Of a DNA stretch of 64,000 bases, positions 29,501-38,961 are shown piece by piece. Location: NCBI GenBank assembly GCA_963811165.1, contig CAWEQH010000004.1, positions 736,001-800,000 of the forward strand. Direction: 5' to 3'. The position numbers and the translations under genes were made by a program. Origin of the DNA: an uncultured Nitrospiraceae bacterium. Lineage in GTDB: Bacteria; Nitrospirota; Thermodesulfovibrionia; Thermodesulfovibrionales; UBA6898. Numbering within the stretch: position 1 is the first letter of the stretch; each line of letters opens with the position of its first letter. The notes beneath the pieces were generated by a model. The model did not search any database. It was not told the origin of the DNA and worked only from the letters and a program-made list of their open reading frames with translations.

Positions 29501-30426
29501 CTGTCTCGCCATCCAATGAATTCAACATAAATTTCGGCGGGAACCTCCTCTATAAAGGGACCCCTGACTCACAGATGGTCTCCGGTGACTTGCAAATAAA
29601 CCGCGCAAGGTACAGGGAAAGGGTCGAGTGGAAGAGCTGGCTTCTTAGGACGAAGACGACGGCAAAGTACAAATCGGAAATATCCGGGCTCGAAAAGGCA
29701 GGGCTCAATATCAGGATTACCGGCAAGGACAATATTTTCATTGATAACAATGTGGCGCGTGCCTCCGTGAGTGCCGATATGGTCCTGAGGGGCTGGGTTT
29801 ACCGGCCTCTTCTTTTCGGAAGGATTGAGACGACCGACGGCACTGTATATTTTAGAAACAATGAATTCAGGATTCTCCATGCGAGCGTCGGTTTTTTCGA
29901 TCCCAACAGGATAAACCCCGTCATCGAGATCGCATCCGAGACCAGTGTCAAGGGATATAGGATCAAGATGAACCTCGAAGGGCAAATTGATCACTTCAAC
30001 ATGTCGCTCTCTTCCGACCCTGTCTTAAAGGAGATGGACATACTTTCGCTGCTCACTGTGGGCCAGACAGGGGGCGATCTGAAGGGGCTTGAGGGGGGTA
30101 TCGGCGCCGGGGAGGCAACGTCTTTCGTAACCGGCAAGCTTCAGGATGTGGTGGAGGAGAGACTCAGGACGATCACCGGCCTTGACAGGATGCAGATCGA
30201 CCCTCATGTCTCCAAAAAGACGGGGACTGTGGAGCCTGGAGTGACGTTTTCGAAGAGGTTGCTTGGGGACAAAGTATTTGTTACCTATACGAACGCGGTC
30301 CATTCATCCGAAGAGCAGATCATAAAGCTCGAGTATTTCCTTACCAAGAAGGTTTCACTCGTAGGGCTCAGGGATGAAAGGGGAATTGTGGGAGGGGACA
30401 TCCATTTCAGGTTCGAGTTTAAATGA
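26494..30426 (+). CDS. tamB: translocation/assembly module TamB (AsmA-like)
   Basis: N-terminal TM, long Gly-rich beta repeats, C-terminal LSSDP..EMDILSLL...FRFEFK; upstream of an Omp85 gene. Confidence 0.85.
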   Translation: MDDPKRKRIKSLAYLIPLAVVIGISAFILRGPHISNALKKLILPELEQIVGRKVIAQKIYINLFPLFVEAKGLKMFDDKGERIFLVQRAKAYIELTGILGKAIKIRRLVLKEPEITTDRKQAAEIADNVKAYLEKVRDTAFKVKIKAVEVQKCGLHYTDEVYRAVSKIDGLDGEVIIGEWQRVNVSLRKFDVKKEGWPDVSGNADVAFSVKDGNVRIKRLVIGSFGSTIAGTGEYAGAKASFKAKIDLFLETVKKIFGLKRSGEGEVRIGGLVNYINKGVTLDLKVDGKFYIQTLMELLKVKERIEGLIDLKATLTGPLSHIVGRGTAVLTGGNLFDVDVKRLKCEVSYADGLMSFTDGSGSLYNGSAKVSASITLPVVNAFAVDVAFTSVDSRPLFKLIGWDPGVPAGKVNGTLLTSGSAFNPEGRFEYKSVEKGKDVFGRVRDVSGTYRMASSILALSDLKVATGLSEIQAGGTVDIGKKFLDIDCRMKSFDITDLTAPYYSKLRGTGGFRGSVVGTFDDPVISGQIAIGNPVFEKYSAEAINAELTYRKEALNIREMTVRGKGQSAVLSGGIAFKGAKALFDLSRPEYRLTASLRNTDLEGFAKIFYPDFKGSGRLHADLTIGGSADNPDIGGTASADRATVYNLPFDKADFKWAYRDAKLSFMNMRVTRGKSTLTGNASIDAKGHFSYSASSDKVLLSDIVRREIKGDAVFSLKSEGHGTFEDPSISLDARMIEGKLKGKPVGSGTISASIKGKDISVSARIINDKVLLTGRGRFEKEMPWDARIEMQKGRYDFIISAFLKDVPEDLIVSMNGQAILHGDKKHIAGSLTLDQLALSMYGYSFTSEKQIRLDLNDRRISLEKITMRSGNMSLGLDGNVELGKNYNLSLEGSSSLSPLKGLSSKIGLLKGDAEFVLSVTGDWDSPEINGGVTLENGSFGLKDYSYRISALSGYLYMDNDRIVLQKLSGKLGGGDIDISGILYLKKFSLKRFYVEAGLRNITVSPSNEFNINFGGNLLYKGTPDSQMVSGDLQINRARYRERVEWKSWLLRTKTTAKYKSEISGLEKAGLNIRITGKDNIFIDNNVARASVSADMVLRGWVYRPLLFGRIETTDGTVYFRNNEFRILHASVGFFDPNRINPVIEIASETSVKGYRIKMNLEGQIDHFNMSLSSDPVLKEMDILSLLTVGQTGGDLKGLEGGIGAGEATSFVTGKLQDVVEERLRTITGLDRMQIDPHVSKKTGTVEPGVTFSKRLLGDKVFVTYTNAVHSSEEQIIKLEYFLTKKVSLVGLRDERGIVGGDIHFRFEFK

Positions 30427-30451
30427 CAAGAAATACGGGAAGATCTGAAAC

Positions 30452-33166
30452 ATGAAGTTTGCAAGTACTGTCTTTTACTTTCTTTCGTTCCTTTCGGCGC
30501 TGATAGTGATGTTGCCCGGGCAGACGGGTGCGGTGACCGCCGGGAAGGTCGATATCAGGGGGCTTTCTTCGATCGGCCGGGAGGAATTTATGGATATTCT
30601 CGGCATTATCCCCGGGGGGGATGTCGATAAGGAGTTGGTGAGGAACGGCATAAAGCGCGCTTTTTTGAAAGGGTTCTTCGACGACATCATCGTGAGGGTG
30701 CCTGACGGAGAAAACCCCGTAGTCGAAGTGGAAGTGAAGGAGAGGGACTTTATAGAAAAGATAGATGTGAAGAATGATACCGGCATAAGAGATAAGACGA
30801 TAAAGGAACTCTTCATGCTGAAGGCGGACAGTGCGATGCGGTATGACCTGCTCGACACAGCCGTGGCCCGCCTGAGGGAAAGTTTTGCAAGCTACGGATA
30901 CCCTGAAGCGGCCATCGACGTAAAGGTAGAGAGGACCGGCAAACCTTACCGGGTAAATATTGCGCTTAAGATCGAGGGCGGCCCGTCCCTTATCATAAAG
31001 CACATCAATATCGTTTGGCCCCCTTCATACGGGTCTGAGACGGAAGGCGGGGGACGGATAGTTTTGAGTGAATTGAAATTGTCGCCCGGAGATGTCTTCA
31101 GCAGGATAAAACTCGACGCCAATCTCAGGAATGTCAGGGAGTATCTTAAGAAAAAGGGATATTACAAACCAAAGGTAGGGCCTTATTCATACAAGGATGG
31201 TGACCTCGATATTGCGGTCGACCCGGGTAAGAAGCTGTCGGTCTTCGTAGACGGCAATAGTGCTGTTTCCACAAAAAACCTTCTCAAGGAGGCTCCTTTT
31301 TTTGAGATAGAGGACTTCCGGGACGAAGTAATCGGAGAGGCTGTCGACAGGATGCTGGCGCTGTACCATAGTAAAGGGTACGCATTTGCCCAGATTGCCC
31401 CGGTCGTCAACTCCGACTCTCAGCGCATTACTATTACCTTCTTCGTTTTCGAGGGCGAGAGGGTGAAGATAAAGTCAGTTAAATTTGTAGGCGTCAGTCT
31501 GCCCCACGAGAGACTCAAGGAAGTCATGACCTTGACCGAAGGCGAGGTTTACAACCCCGATCAGGTGGAAAAGGACAAGGATTCGCTGAAGGAGTTTTAC
31601 GGGGCCCTTGGATATCTGGAAGCTTCAGTGAGGGAAATTGAGATCAAGATCGACAAGGAGCAGCACGCGGCGCAGCTCGTTGTCGATATCGATGAAGGGA
31701 AAAAGACCGTGATCGGGGCGGTCGATATAACAGGAACAAACCCTGAGACGAAAACGAAACTTGCAGTATTGGCAGGTCTTAAGCCGGGCGACGCTTACAA
31801 TGAGGTCGATATCTCGAATGCGAGGTTCCGGATCCTGGATTTCTATACAAACTCCGGATACACGAACGTTGATGTTACGGTCACGAGAAGCGTTGATAAT
31901 TATAAGGCATCTGTTGTCTTTAATGTGGTAGTGGGCGGTGAGAAGTTTTTCGGCAAGACAGTCATTATCGGCAATACGAAGACGAGGTATCGGGTATTCA
32001 AGCGGGAGCTGCTTTACAAGGAGGGCCAGCCCTACAGTTTCCGTCTATTGAGCGAGGAGCGGCAGAGGTTATATAAGCTGGGGCTGTTCACCGACGTTGA
32101 AGTGGAAACGACAGACGGCGAGGATAGCAAGAAAGATGTGCTCCTGAGGGTCACCGAGGGTAATGCCGGATCGGTGGATTTCGGCGTGGGATACGCCGAT
32201 TACGAGAAATTCAGGGGTTTCGTCGGGATAAGCTACCTTAATCTATGGGGCATGAACAGAGAGGGTCTGCTCCGGCTCGAAGTCAGTTCTCTTCAAAACA
32301 GGGTAATACTGCAATATAACGAGCCATGGTTTTTCGGGAAGAATCTGCCCTTCAGGACCATTTTCCTTTACGAAAACAGAAAGGAACTTGACCCATCCAC
32401 AAAAGATATACTCTATAAACTCCGCCGGTATTCGGTGACGTCCGGTGTGGAGAAAAAACTGAGCGATATCATGAAGGCTGAATTGTATTATGAATTTTCT
32501 CTCGTAAGGACGACCGATGTGAAACCCGATGTCATATTGACAAAGGAGGACACCGGGACCCTCGCAATCAGCGGCATTAAGCCCGCGCTGATATACGATA
32601 CAAGGGACAACCCTTTTGATCCAAAGAAAGGCATCCTGGCCGGGATCTCGATGAAACTGGCTACCTTCGTCTTTCTGTCTGAGGTCAATTTTATTAAAGG
32701 GGAGGTCTACGGAAGCACTTTTCACAAACTGAGCAAGAGGATCACGCTCGCCCTATCGGCCAGGGGCGGCGTAGCATACGGCCTCGGCAGTACCGAAGAT
32801 CTTCCGCTGGTCGAGAGGTTTTTCCTCGGCGGCAGGTCGACTGTGAGAGGATATGCGCAGGACGGCCTTGGTCCGAAAGGCCCGGACGGCACGACCCCCA
32901 CAGGAGGCAATGCCTACCTCATGGGCAATATTGAATTCAGGACGGACATAGGCAGAGGGTTTGGTATTGTTCCGTTTGTAGATATGGGGAATGTCTGGCT
33001 CAGCGCAAATGATATAACCCCCCTGCAACTGAAATTCACCACCGGCCTGGGCTTGCGATACAACACCCCTGTGGGACCCCTGCGTGTGGACTACGGAGTC
33101 AAGCTCAGCAGGGAAACAGGAGAAAGCAGAGGAGAAATCCATTTCAGTGTGGGACATGCGTTTTAG
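30452..33166 (+). CDS. bamA: Omp85 family outer membrane protein (BamA/TamA), multiple POTRA domains
   Basis: POTRA repeats, ERFFLGGRSTVRGY, TPVGPLRVDYG, C-terminal F; synteny with tamB suggests a TamA-like role. Confidence 0.8.
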   Translation: MKFASTVFYFLSFLSALIVMLPGQTGAVTAGKVDIRGLSSIGREEFMDILGIIPGGDVDKELVRNGIKRAFLKGFFDDIIVRVPDGENPVVEVEVKERDFIEKIDVKNDTGIRDKTIKELFMLKADSAMRYDLLDTAVARLRESFASYGYPEAAIDVKVERTGKPYRVNIALKIEGGPSLIIKHINIVWPPSYGSETEGGGRIVLSELKLSPGDVFSRIKLDANLRNVREYLKKKGYYKPKVGPYSYKDGDLDIAVDPGKKLSVFVDGNSAVSTKNLLKEAPFFEIEDFRDEVIGEAVDRMLALYHSKGYAFAQIAPVVNSDSQRITITFFVFEGERVKIKSVKFVGVSLPHERLKEVMTLTEGEVYNPDQVEKDKDSLKEFYGALGYLEASVREIEIKIDKEQHAAQLVVDIDEGKKTVIGAVDITGTNPETKTKLAVLAGLKPGDAYNEVDISNARFRILDFYTNSGYTNVDVTVTRSVDNYKASVVFNVVVGGEKFFGKTVIIGNTKTRYRVFKRELLYKEGQPYSFRLLSEERQRLYKLGLFTDVEVETTDGEDSKKDVLLRVTEGNAGSVDFGVGYADYEKFRGFVGISYLNLWGMNREGLLRLEVSSLQNRVILQYNEPWFFGKNLPFRTIFLYENRKELDPSTKDILYKLRRYSVTSGVEKKLSDIMKAELYYEFSLVRTTDVKPDVILTKEDTGTLAISGIKPALIYDTRDNPFDPKKGILAGISMKLATFVFLSEVNFIKGEVYGSTFHKLSKRITLALSARGGVAYGLGSTEDLPLVERFFLGGRSTVRGYAQDGLGPKGPDGTTPTGGNAYLMGNIEFRTDIGRGFGIVPFVDMGNVWLSANDITPLQLKFTTGLGLRYNTPVGPLRVDYGVKLSRETGESRGEIHFSVGHAF

Positions 33167-33207
33167 AACGTGAAACGTGAACAGCGAAAGGTAAAACGGC
33201 GAAAAAG

Positions 33208-33801
33208 ATGAGAACTGAGTGTGAACTTTCTTATTGTCCCGAAGGTGTTCGGGGCCCTCGATCCCTCCGCATAAATATTCTTTCCTCAGGGCCCTCGATC
33301 ATACGCTTAACTTTTTTTGTTTTTTTACTATCCGTGATTCACGTTTCACTATTGACGGTTGCCGAGGCGGAGATTTTTGACAGGGTCGTTGCCTGCGTCG
33401 ATGACCAGGCGATAACGCTGAGCGAGTTTCAGGAGCAATTCAACAGCGCAAAAAAACTCACTCCCGATATCACCGGGGAAGAGGTCCTAGATACAATGAT
33501 AAACCGGTTGCTGCTCCTGCGGGAGGCTAAGAAGTATATGATTGAAGCGCCGTCGAATGAGGAGATGTTAAACGAATATATTGATCTGAAGGTGAGGGCA
33601 TTCATAAGAGTGAGCGAAAAAGATATCGAGGAATTTTATGGGGCCAATAAAGACAAATTTAAGGGCAAGGATTATGATGACGTTCGTGAAGAAATCGAGA
33701 AATACCTTACAGAAAAAGAACTAAACGAAAGGCTTAAAGAGACACTGAAAAAACTCAGGAAAAATGCGTATGTCAAAATGCAGCTTAACCCCGACAAGTG
33801 A
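33208..33801 (+). CDS. SurA N-terminal domain chaperone-like protein
   Basis: DRVVACVDDQAITLSE...LDTMINRLLLLREAKK...LKKLRKNAYV; true start uncertain. Confidence 0.75.
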   Translation: MRTECELSYCPEGVRGPRSLRINILSSGPSIIRLTFFVFLLSVIHVSLLTVAEAEIFDRVVACVDDQAITLSEFQEQFNSAKKLTPDITGEEVLDTMINRLLLLREAKKYMIEAPSNEEMLNEYIDLKVRAFIRVSEKDIEEFYGANKDKFKGKDYDDVREEIEKYLTEKELNERLKETLKKLRKNAYVKMQLNPDK

Positions 33802-33813
33802 AGGACAACTCTC

Positions 33814-34170
33814 CTATGTGTAGTGTATGGCGACTTCGTATACAATGGCAGAGTGGTCCGCTACGGGCCCCCCTCCTGCGCAGCTGAGTTCCCCCCTTGC
33901 CGCCTCCCTGTGTTTTCTGACCATACCGGTTATTACCTGGGTAAGATCGAAACCGCCGTCAACGCACTCCTTGCTCAAGCAGTCCACTCTAAAATACGCA
34001 TAACTGCCCGGAGTGAATCTGAAAGTGCGAAGCAGGGATTTTATCCCTTGCTGATTATATGTCATACGGATGTCGATGCATGCAACCTCGGGAAAGAGGT
34101 CTGCCATGCAGCCCGCATCAAGTCTCTGCTGCAACCTTTCCGTCCGTGTCACATTTTTTTTGTTATTCAT
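33814..34170 (-). CDS. small Cys-containing hypothetical protein downstream of csp
   Basis: 118-aa ORF co-oriented with csp; CLSKECVDGGFDL motif. Confidence 0.7.
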   Translation of the reverse strand: MNNKKNVTRTERLQQRLDAGCMADLFPEVACIDIRMTYNQQGIKSLLRTFRFTPGSYAYFRVDCLSKECVDGGFDLTQVITGMVRKHREAARGELSCAGGGPVADHSAIVYEVAIHYT

Positions 34171-34227
34171 GACCTTCTCAAAGAAGGAATGCCCCTTCTT
34201 TGAGAAGGGGCATTCCTTAATATTTAA

Positions 34228-34428
34228 TTATAGTTTGACGACATTGATCGCTTTCGGGCCTTTCGGGCCTTTTTCAATATCAAAACTGACCTTGTCACCT
34301 TCAGCAAGGCTTTTAAAGCCGTTGCCCTGGATGGACGTATGGTGGACAAACACATCGGTATTGTCTTCTGCAGTAATGAAGCCGAACCCTTTGCTGTCGT
34401 TAAACCACTTCACAGTTCCTTGTGCCAT
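34228..34428 (-). CDS. cold-shock protein (CspA family)
   Basis: [27 protein letters not shown]. Confidence 0.96.
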   Translation of the reverse strand: MAQGTVKWFNDSKGFGFITAEDNTDVFVHHTSIQGNGFKSLAEGDKVSFDIEKGPKGPKAINVVKL

Positions 34429-34618
34429 TTTCTCTACCTCCTTATCTGTAAACTAAATCCCGGAAGACAGCAAGAAAAAAGGCCACAAAGTTAAAAGTCT
34501 TTGTGGCCCTGCAATCGCAAAAACTTCCAAAATTCGTTTGTATTCTAGCACGTCCCTCTATGGCTCGTCAAGAAAAACGTGCGATAGTGCCTAATCTGTC
34601 CGTCGGAGGCGGTATAAG

Positions 34619-34816
34619 TCAGGAAACCTTGTCTTTAAGCTTCTTGGCGTAGTCGCCGGCATAGTCCCTTACGTCTTCAGCCATATCGGCAATCCTGCCC
34701 CTCATTTTTCTGCCGGAGTATGGGGCGAATAAAAGCGCCAGGCCCGCGCCTACTATTCCGCCTATCAGAAAAGACATGAGTACTGCTGCACCGTTATCAT
34801 CTTCTTTATGAAACAT
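34619..34816 (-). CDS. YtxH domain protein
   Basis: FLIGGIVGAGLALLFAPYSG..MR. Confidence 0.85.
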   Translation of the reverse strand: MFHKEDDNGAAVLMSFLIGGIVGAGLALLFAPYSGRKMRGRIADMAEDVRDYAGDYAKKLKDKVS

Positions 34817-34950
34817 GGGGATACCTCCTTATGGTGAGTTAATTAAAGGGTATCATCAAGTTTTGCGAAGGTCAACCGGTATGATGCATTTATGCTTTTA
34901 AGTTGACGGGGAAATCTGTTATATTCCATGAAGTAGGAGAGGGGGTGCAG

Positions 34951-35859
34951 ATGGGAGTTCTTGAGTGCATAGGCAATACGCCCTTGGTCAGACTCGAGGC
35001 GGTCAACAGCAATCCACACGTGGCCGTGTTGGTCAAACTGGAAGGGAACAACCCCGGCGGATCGGTCAAAGACCGGATCGCGCTTTATATGATTAAAGAC
35101 GCAGAGACAGCGGGTCTTATCGGGAAGGGAGATACGGTCCTTGAGGCGACTTCGGGCAACACCGGTATAGGGCTTGCCATGGTAGGTGCGGCAAAGGGGT
35201 ATAGGGTCAAACTCGTCATGCCGGAATGCGTAAGTCATGAACGCAGGAAGATACTCGAGGCATTTGGCGCCGAACTTGTGCTCAGCCCGGGAAAAGAAGG
35301 GACTGACGGTGCGATAAGGCTGGCCCACAAAATTATGGCGGAGTCACCCGGTGAATATTTCATGCCTAACCAGTTTGACAATCAATCGAATATAAAGGCC
35401 CACTATGAGACTACGGGTAAAGAGATTATCGAGCAGACCGGCGGAGACATCGATGTGTTTGTAGCCGGGATGGGTACTACCGGTACGCTCATGGGGGCAG
35501 GGAAGAGACTTAAGGAGTTTAGGAATACTATCAAGGTCGTCGGCGTAGAACCTCTTCTGGGTCACAGGGTGCAGGGGCTGAAGAATATGAAGGAATCGAT
35601 AGTGCCGAAGATTTACAACGAAGCGGCTCTCGACGAGAAGATAAACGTCAACGATGACGAGGCATTCGATACGACGAGGCTGCTTGCCCTTCGGGAGGGC
35701 CTTTTTGTCGGGATGAGCAGCGGGGCGGCGGTTGCCGGTGCGCTCAAAATTGCCGAAAAAATGAAAAAAGGAAGGATAGTCGTCATATTGCCCGACAGAG
35801 GAGACAGATATCTGAGCACCGCGCTCTTTACGTCGGTCTGCGCGAAATGCCCGCCTTGA
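34951..35859 (+). CDS. cysM: PLP-dependent cysteine synthase (CysM-like)
   Basis: [39 protein letters not shown]. Confidence 0.88.
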   Translation: MGVLECIGNTPLVRLEAVNSNPHVAVLVKLEGNNPGGSVKDRIALYMIKDAETAGLIGKGDTVLEATSGNTGIGLAMVGAAKGYRVKLVMPECVSHERRKILEAFGAELVLSPGKEGTDGAIRLAHKIMAESPGEYFMPNQFDNQSNIKAHYETTGKEIIEQTGGDIDVFVAGMGTTGTLMGAGKRLKEFRNTIKVVGVEPLLGHRVQGLKNMKESIVPKIYNEAALDEKINVNDDEAFDTTRLLALREGLFVGMSSGAAVAGALKIAEKMKKGRIVVILPDRGDRYLSTALFTSVCAKCPP

Positions 35860-35933
35860 TGGCGGGCGTCCAATGATCTTTTGGAGGCACGGGCCGTATT
35901 GCTTCTTGCCTGAATTAAGCAGGTCGGATTATT

Positions 35934-36305
35934 TCAGTTTCGTGTGATATCTTCAGACGGGGAGAGGCAGGAGAGTACCATGCTTACAAAGCTTATCACC
36001 AGCGCGCCGAAAAAGGCGGCTTTGAAACCCGTGACGTGAAATCCCAGGCTGAATTCCGCAGAAAGCAAAGAAGTCAGCAACAGCATCAGGGCATTTATGA
36101 CGAAGCTGAAAAGTCCCAGTGAAAGTATGAGCAGCGGAAGCGCAAGGAGTTTCACAAACGGTCTTATGAATGTATTGACAAGTCCGAACAGCAATCCTAC
36201 CGCAAGTATTCCCCCCCATCCTCCGCTATAAACAATGCCGGGAACGAATTTAATCGCGAGTATAATCGCGATAGTATTGATGACCCATTTGATGACCATT
36301 TGCAT
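35934..36305 (-). CDS. YvlD/DUF360 (phage holin-like) membrane protein
   Basis: LVNTFIRPFVKLLALP...GLFSFVINA. Confidence 0.85.
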   Translation of the reverse strand: MQMVIKWVINTIAIILAIKFVPGIVYSGGWGGILAVGLLFGLVNTFIRPFVKLLALPLLILSLGLFSFVINALMLLLTSLLSAEFSLGFHVTGFKAAFFGALVISFVSMVLSCLSPSEDITRN

Positions 36306-36470
36306 TATTCCTTATTATCCATAATTTTTTAATCCGTTGTAAATAGTATATCTCTCGTAAGTATTCAGGAGGGGACTGTCTGTAAGCGGCTTCAATTTCT
36401 CGTACGCCTGCTACAGGCGATGCGAGCAATTGCCTCGGAGTACCGATTTATCGGGACGAGAATAATTGGG

Positions 36471-37934
36471 CTAAAGCCCGTACTCCTTCCATCTCGAATC
36501 GACAAGCTTCTTGATCTCCTCGGACATGAATAGCTCGTCCGGCCAGTCCCTCATCATTCCTTCCTCACGGGTCTTCCTTGTCGCATCGATCCCCATCTTC
36601 GAACCGTAACGGGGCCAGTTCGCGGCATGGTCGAGGGCGTCGAGAGGACCGTCAGCAAACACTGTGTCGCGCTTCCAGTCGACGTTGTTGAGCACCCTCC
36701 ATGCGGTGTAAGAGAGGTCCTGGACGTCCACATCGTCGTCGACGATTATGAGGAGTTTAGCGAACATCATCTGTCCCTTTCCCCAAAGCCCGCTGATAAT
36801 CTTTTTTGCATGGCCGGGGTAGCTTTTCTTTATTGAAATGATAGCAAAGTTGTGGAACACGCCTTCCATCGGCAAGTTTATGTCCTTTATCTCCGGGAAG
36901 TCCAGGCGGATAAGCGGGAGAAATATCCGTTCCGTGGCCTTCCCCATGTAGCAGTCCTCCATCGGGGGTTTCCCGACGATGGTCGCAGGGTAGATCATGT
37001 CCTTGCGGTGAGTTATGCAAGTCACGTGGAAAACCGGATATAGCTCGGCGGGAGAATAGAAGCCGGTATGGTCTCCAAAGGGGCCTTCAGTCCTGGTTTC
37101 GCCGGGGTCCAGATATCCTTCGATTACCAGTTCGCTGTTTGCAGGGACCTCGATATCCGAAGTTATGCACTTTACCATCTCGACCGGATACCTTCTGAGA
37201 AACCCTGCGAAGATCATTTCGTCGACCGCCTCAGGAAGTGGGGCGCTCGATGCATAGATTACGGCCGGATCGCTTCCCACTGCAATGGCTGCAGGCATGC
37301 GTTTCCCGAGTCTCCAGTATTTGTCGTAGTGTCGTGCACCGTCTTTATGGATATGCCAGTGCATACCGGTTGTTCTTTTGTCATAGATGTGGATCCGATA
37401 CATCCCGCAGTTAGGACGACCTGTCTCCGGATCTTTCGTAAAAACCATCGGCAGAGTTATGAAGCGGCCCTCGTCTTTGGGTTGGCCGTCTTGGGGCCAG
37501 CATTTCAACACCGGGAATCTGCTGAGGTCGGGATTTTCCTTCTCTACTACCTCCTGGCAAGGCGCAGTCTTTACCTGTTTCGGGAAGTACTTCGAGAATT
37601 CAACAAGTTTCGGCAGCATGGAGAGTTTTTCGATGAGACTCCTGGGAGGTGCCTGCTTGAGGAGTCCCTCAATCCTGTCGGCTATATCATCGAGCCTGTT
37701 GACTTCAAGTGACAGGCACATACGCTCGAAAGAGCCGAAAAGATTTGTGACTACAGGAAAAGATGAGCCTTTTACCTTCTCGAAAAAAAGCGCCTTCCCG
37801 CCACCAGGGGATTTGCAGGCGCGGTCGGTAATTTCAGTGATTTCCAAAAGAGGATCCACCTCCGCTTTAATCCGCAAAAGAAGGTCTTTGTTTTCCAGAA
37901 CTTTGATATATTCTCTCAGATCTTTATATGCCAT
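36471..37934 (-). CDS. UbiD-family decarboxylase (menaquinone biosynthesis type)
   Basis: RPNCGMYR, GMHWHIHKDG, EGPFGDHTG, GSKMGIDAT. Confidence 0.9.
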   Translation of the reverse strand: MAYKDLREYIKVLENKDLLLRIKAEVDPLLEITEITDRACKSPGGGKALFFEKVKGSSFPVVTNLFGSFERMCLSLEVNRLDDIADRIEGLLKQAPPRSLIEKLSMLPKLVEFSKYFPKQVKTAPCQEVVEKENPDLSRFPVLKCWPQDGQPKDEGRFITLPMVFTKDPETGRPNCGMYRIHIYDKRTTGMHWHIHKDGARHYDKYWRLGKRMPAAIAVGSDPAVIYASSAPLPEAVDEMIFAGFLRRYPVEMVKCITSDIEVPANSELVIEGYLDPGETRTEGPFGDHTGFYSPAELYPVFHVTCITHRKDMIYPATIVGKPPMEDCYMGKATERIFLPLIRLDFPEIKDINLPMEGVFHNFAIISIKKSYPGHAKKIISGLWGKGQMMFAKLLIIVDDDVDVQDLSYTAWRVLNNVDWKRDTVFADGPLDALDHAANWPRYGSKMGIDATRKTREEGMMRDWPDELFMSEEIKKLVDSRWKEYGL

Positions 37935-38036
37935 GCCGCATCCTCCCGCACAGATAAAATCATATAATACCATAGCCCAAGACCGCGAAAATAGCCGTTT
38001 TAATGATTAAGTGGTCGAAATTAAACTAAAATTTTC

Positions 38037-38065
38037 TTGACAAGAAGCTATCTCCTTAATATAAT
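38037..38065 (+). promoter_or_regulatory. consensus sigma-70 promoter of ihfA-merR-tRNA
   Basis: TTGACA-17 bp-TATAAT. Confidence 0.85.
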
Positions 38066-38090
38066 TAAGAAAATTTGTTAGGGGAGAGGT

Positions 38091-38378
38091 GTGATGACAA
38101 AAGCCGATCTTGTTGATGCAATTTTTGAGAAGGTGGGTCTGTCGAAGAAGGAGGCCCAGGATATTGTTGAGATCCTTTTTGACACTATGAAGCTAACCTT
38201 TGCGGAAGGAGAATCAATAAAGATCTCCGGCTTCGGCACTTTTAACGTGAGAAAAAAAATGGCCCGCAGGGGGAGGAACCCAAAGACAGGACAGGATCTT
38301 GAAATAACACCGAGGAGGGTCATAACCTTCAGGGTCAGTAACCAGTTGAAAGAAGAGATAGAAAAACTGAATGCATAA
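38091..38378 (+). CDS. ihfA: integration host factor alpha
   Basis: MTKADLV...KISGFGTF...GRNPKTG; followed by merR and tRNA-Pro. Confidence 0.92.
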   Translation: MMTKADLVDAIFEKVGLSKKEAQDIVEILFDTMKLTFAEGESIKISGFGTFNVRKKMARRGRNPKTGQDLEITPRRVITFRVSNQLKEEIEKLNA

Positions 38379-38766
38379 GCCTGCAGCAGAAAATATTAAG
38401 ACTTCGTTGCCGCTGCCCAACAAGCTTTTTTACAAAATCGGCGAGGTGGGAAAAATAACAGGAGTGGAGCCGTATGTGTTAAGATACTGGGAGACGGAGT
38501 TCCACTTCCTCCGGCCGAGAAAGAACAAGGCCGGTCAGCGGGTATATGTGAAGAAGGACCTCGAATTGATTATGCATGTCAAGAAGATGCTGTATCAGGA
38601 GAGGTATACGATAGAGGGCGTCAGAAAGAGGTTCGGTGAAGGTATGCTCAGAGAGGCCGAACAGGAGACGGCGTCCGATAAGAAGATGAAGAGTTCTCGA
38701 AACCCCGCCGAAGTCATTGAATTCGTCAAGAAAAGACTCAAAGAGATTTTGGAGCAGTTGAAATAA
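38371..38766 (+). CDS. MerR family regulator
   Basis: KIGEV...YVLRYWETEF...GQRVY. Confidence 0.9.
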   Translation: MHKPAAENIKTSLPLPNKLFYKIGEVGKITGVEPYVLRYWETEFHFLRPRKNKAGQRVYVKKDLELIMHVKKMLYQERYTIEGVRKRFGEGMLREAEQETASDKKMKSSRNPAEVIEFVKKRLKEILEQLK

Positions 38767-38767
38767 T

Positions 38768-38844
38768 CGGGGCGTAGCGCAGCTTGGTAGCGCACTCGCT
38801 TGGGGTGCGAGTGGTCGCCTGTTCAAATCAGGTCGCCCCGACCA
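38768..38844 (+). tRNA. tRNA-Pro (GGG)
   Basis: Cloverleaf CGGGGCG...CGCCCCG-ACCA, anticodon loop TTGGGGT, T-loop TTCAAAT, 77 nt. Confidence 0.97.
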
Positions 38845-38961
38845 ATAAAATCAGGGACTTACAAGGTTTTGTAGGTCCTTCATTTTTTTGATGTCGTGAA
38901 GATGTGGGAATATTACGACATTGTCACTACAAATGTAGAAGTTTTTTTTGCAACTTCGAGT

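Noticed and set aside
35934..36305. Holin-like gene as prophage evidence
   Set aside because: The YvlD/DUF360 family is commonly chromosomal, and no phage genes are nearby.
38844..38890. tRNA-Pro as the attachment site of an EPS genomic island
   Set aside because: No adjacent integrase and no duplicated tRNA 3' end noticed in the window; cannot be excluded beyond the right edge.
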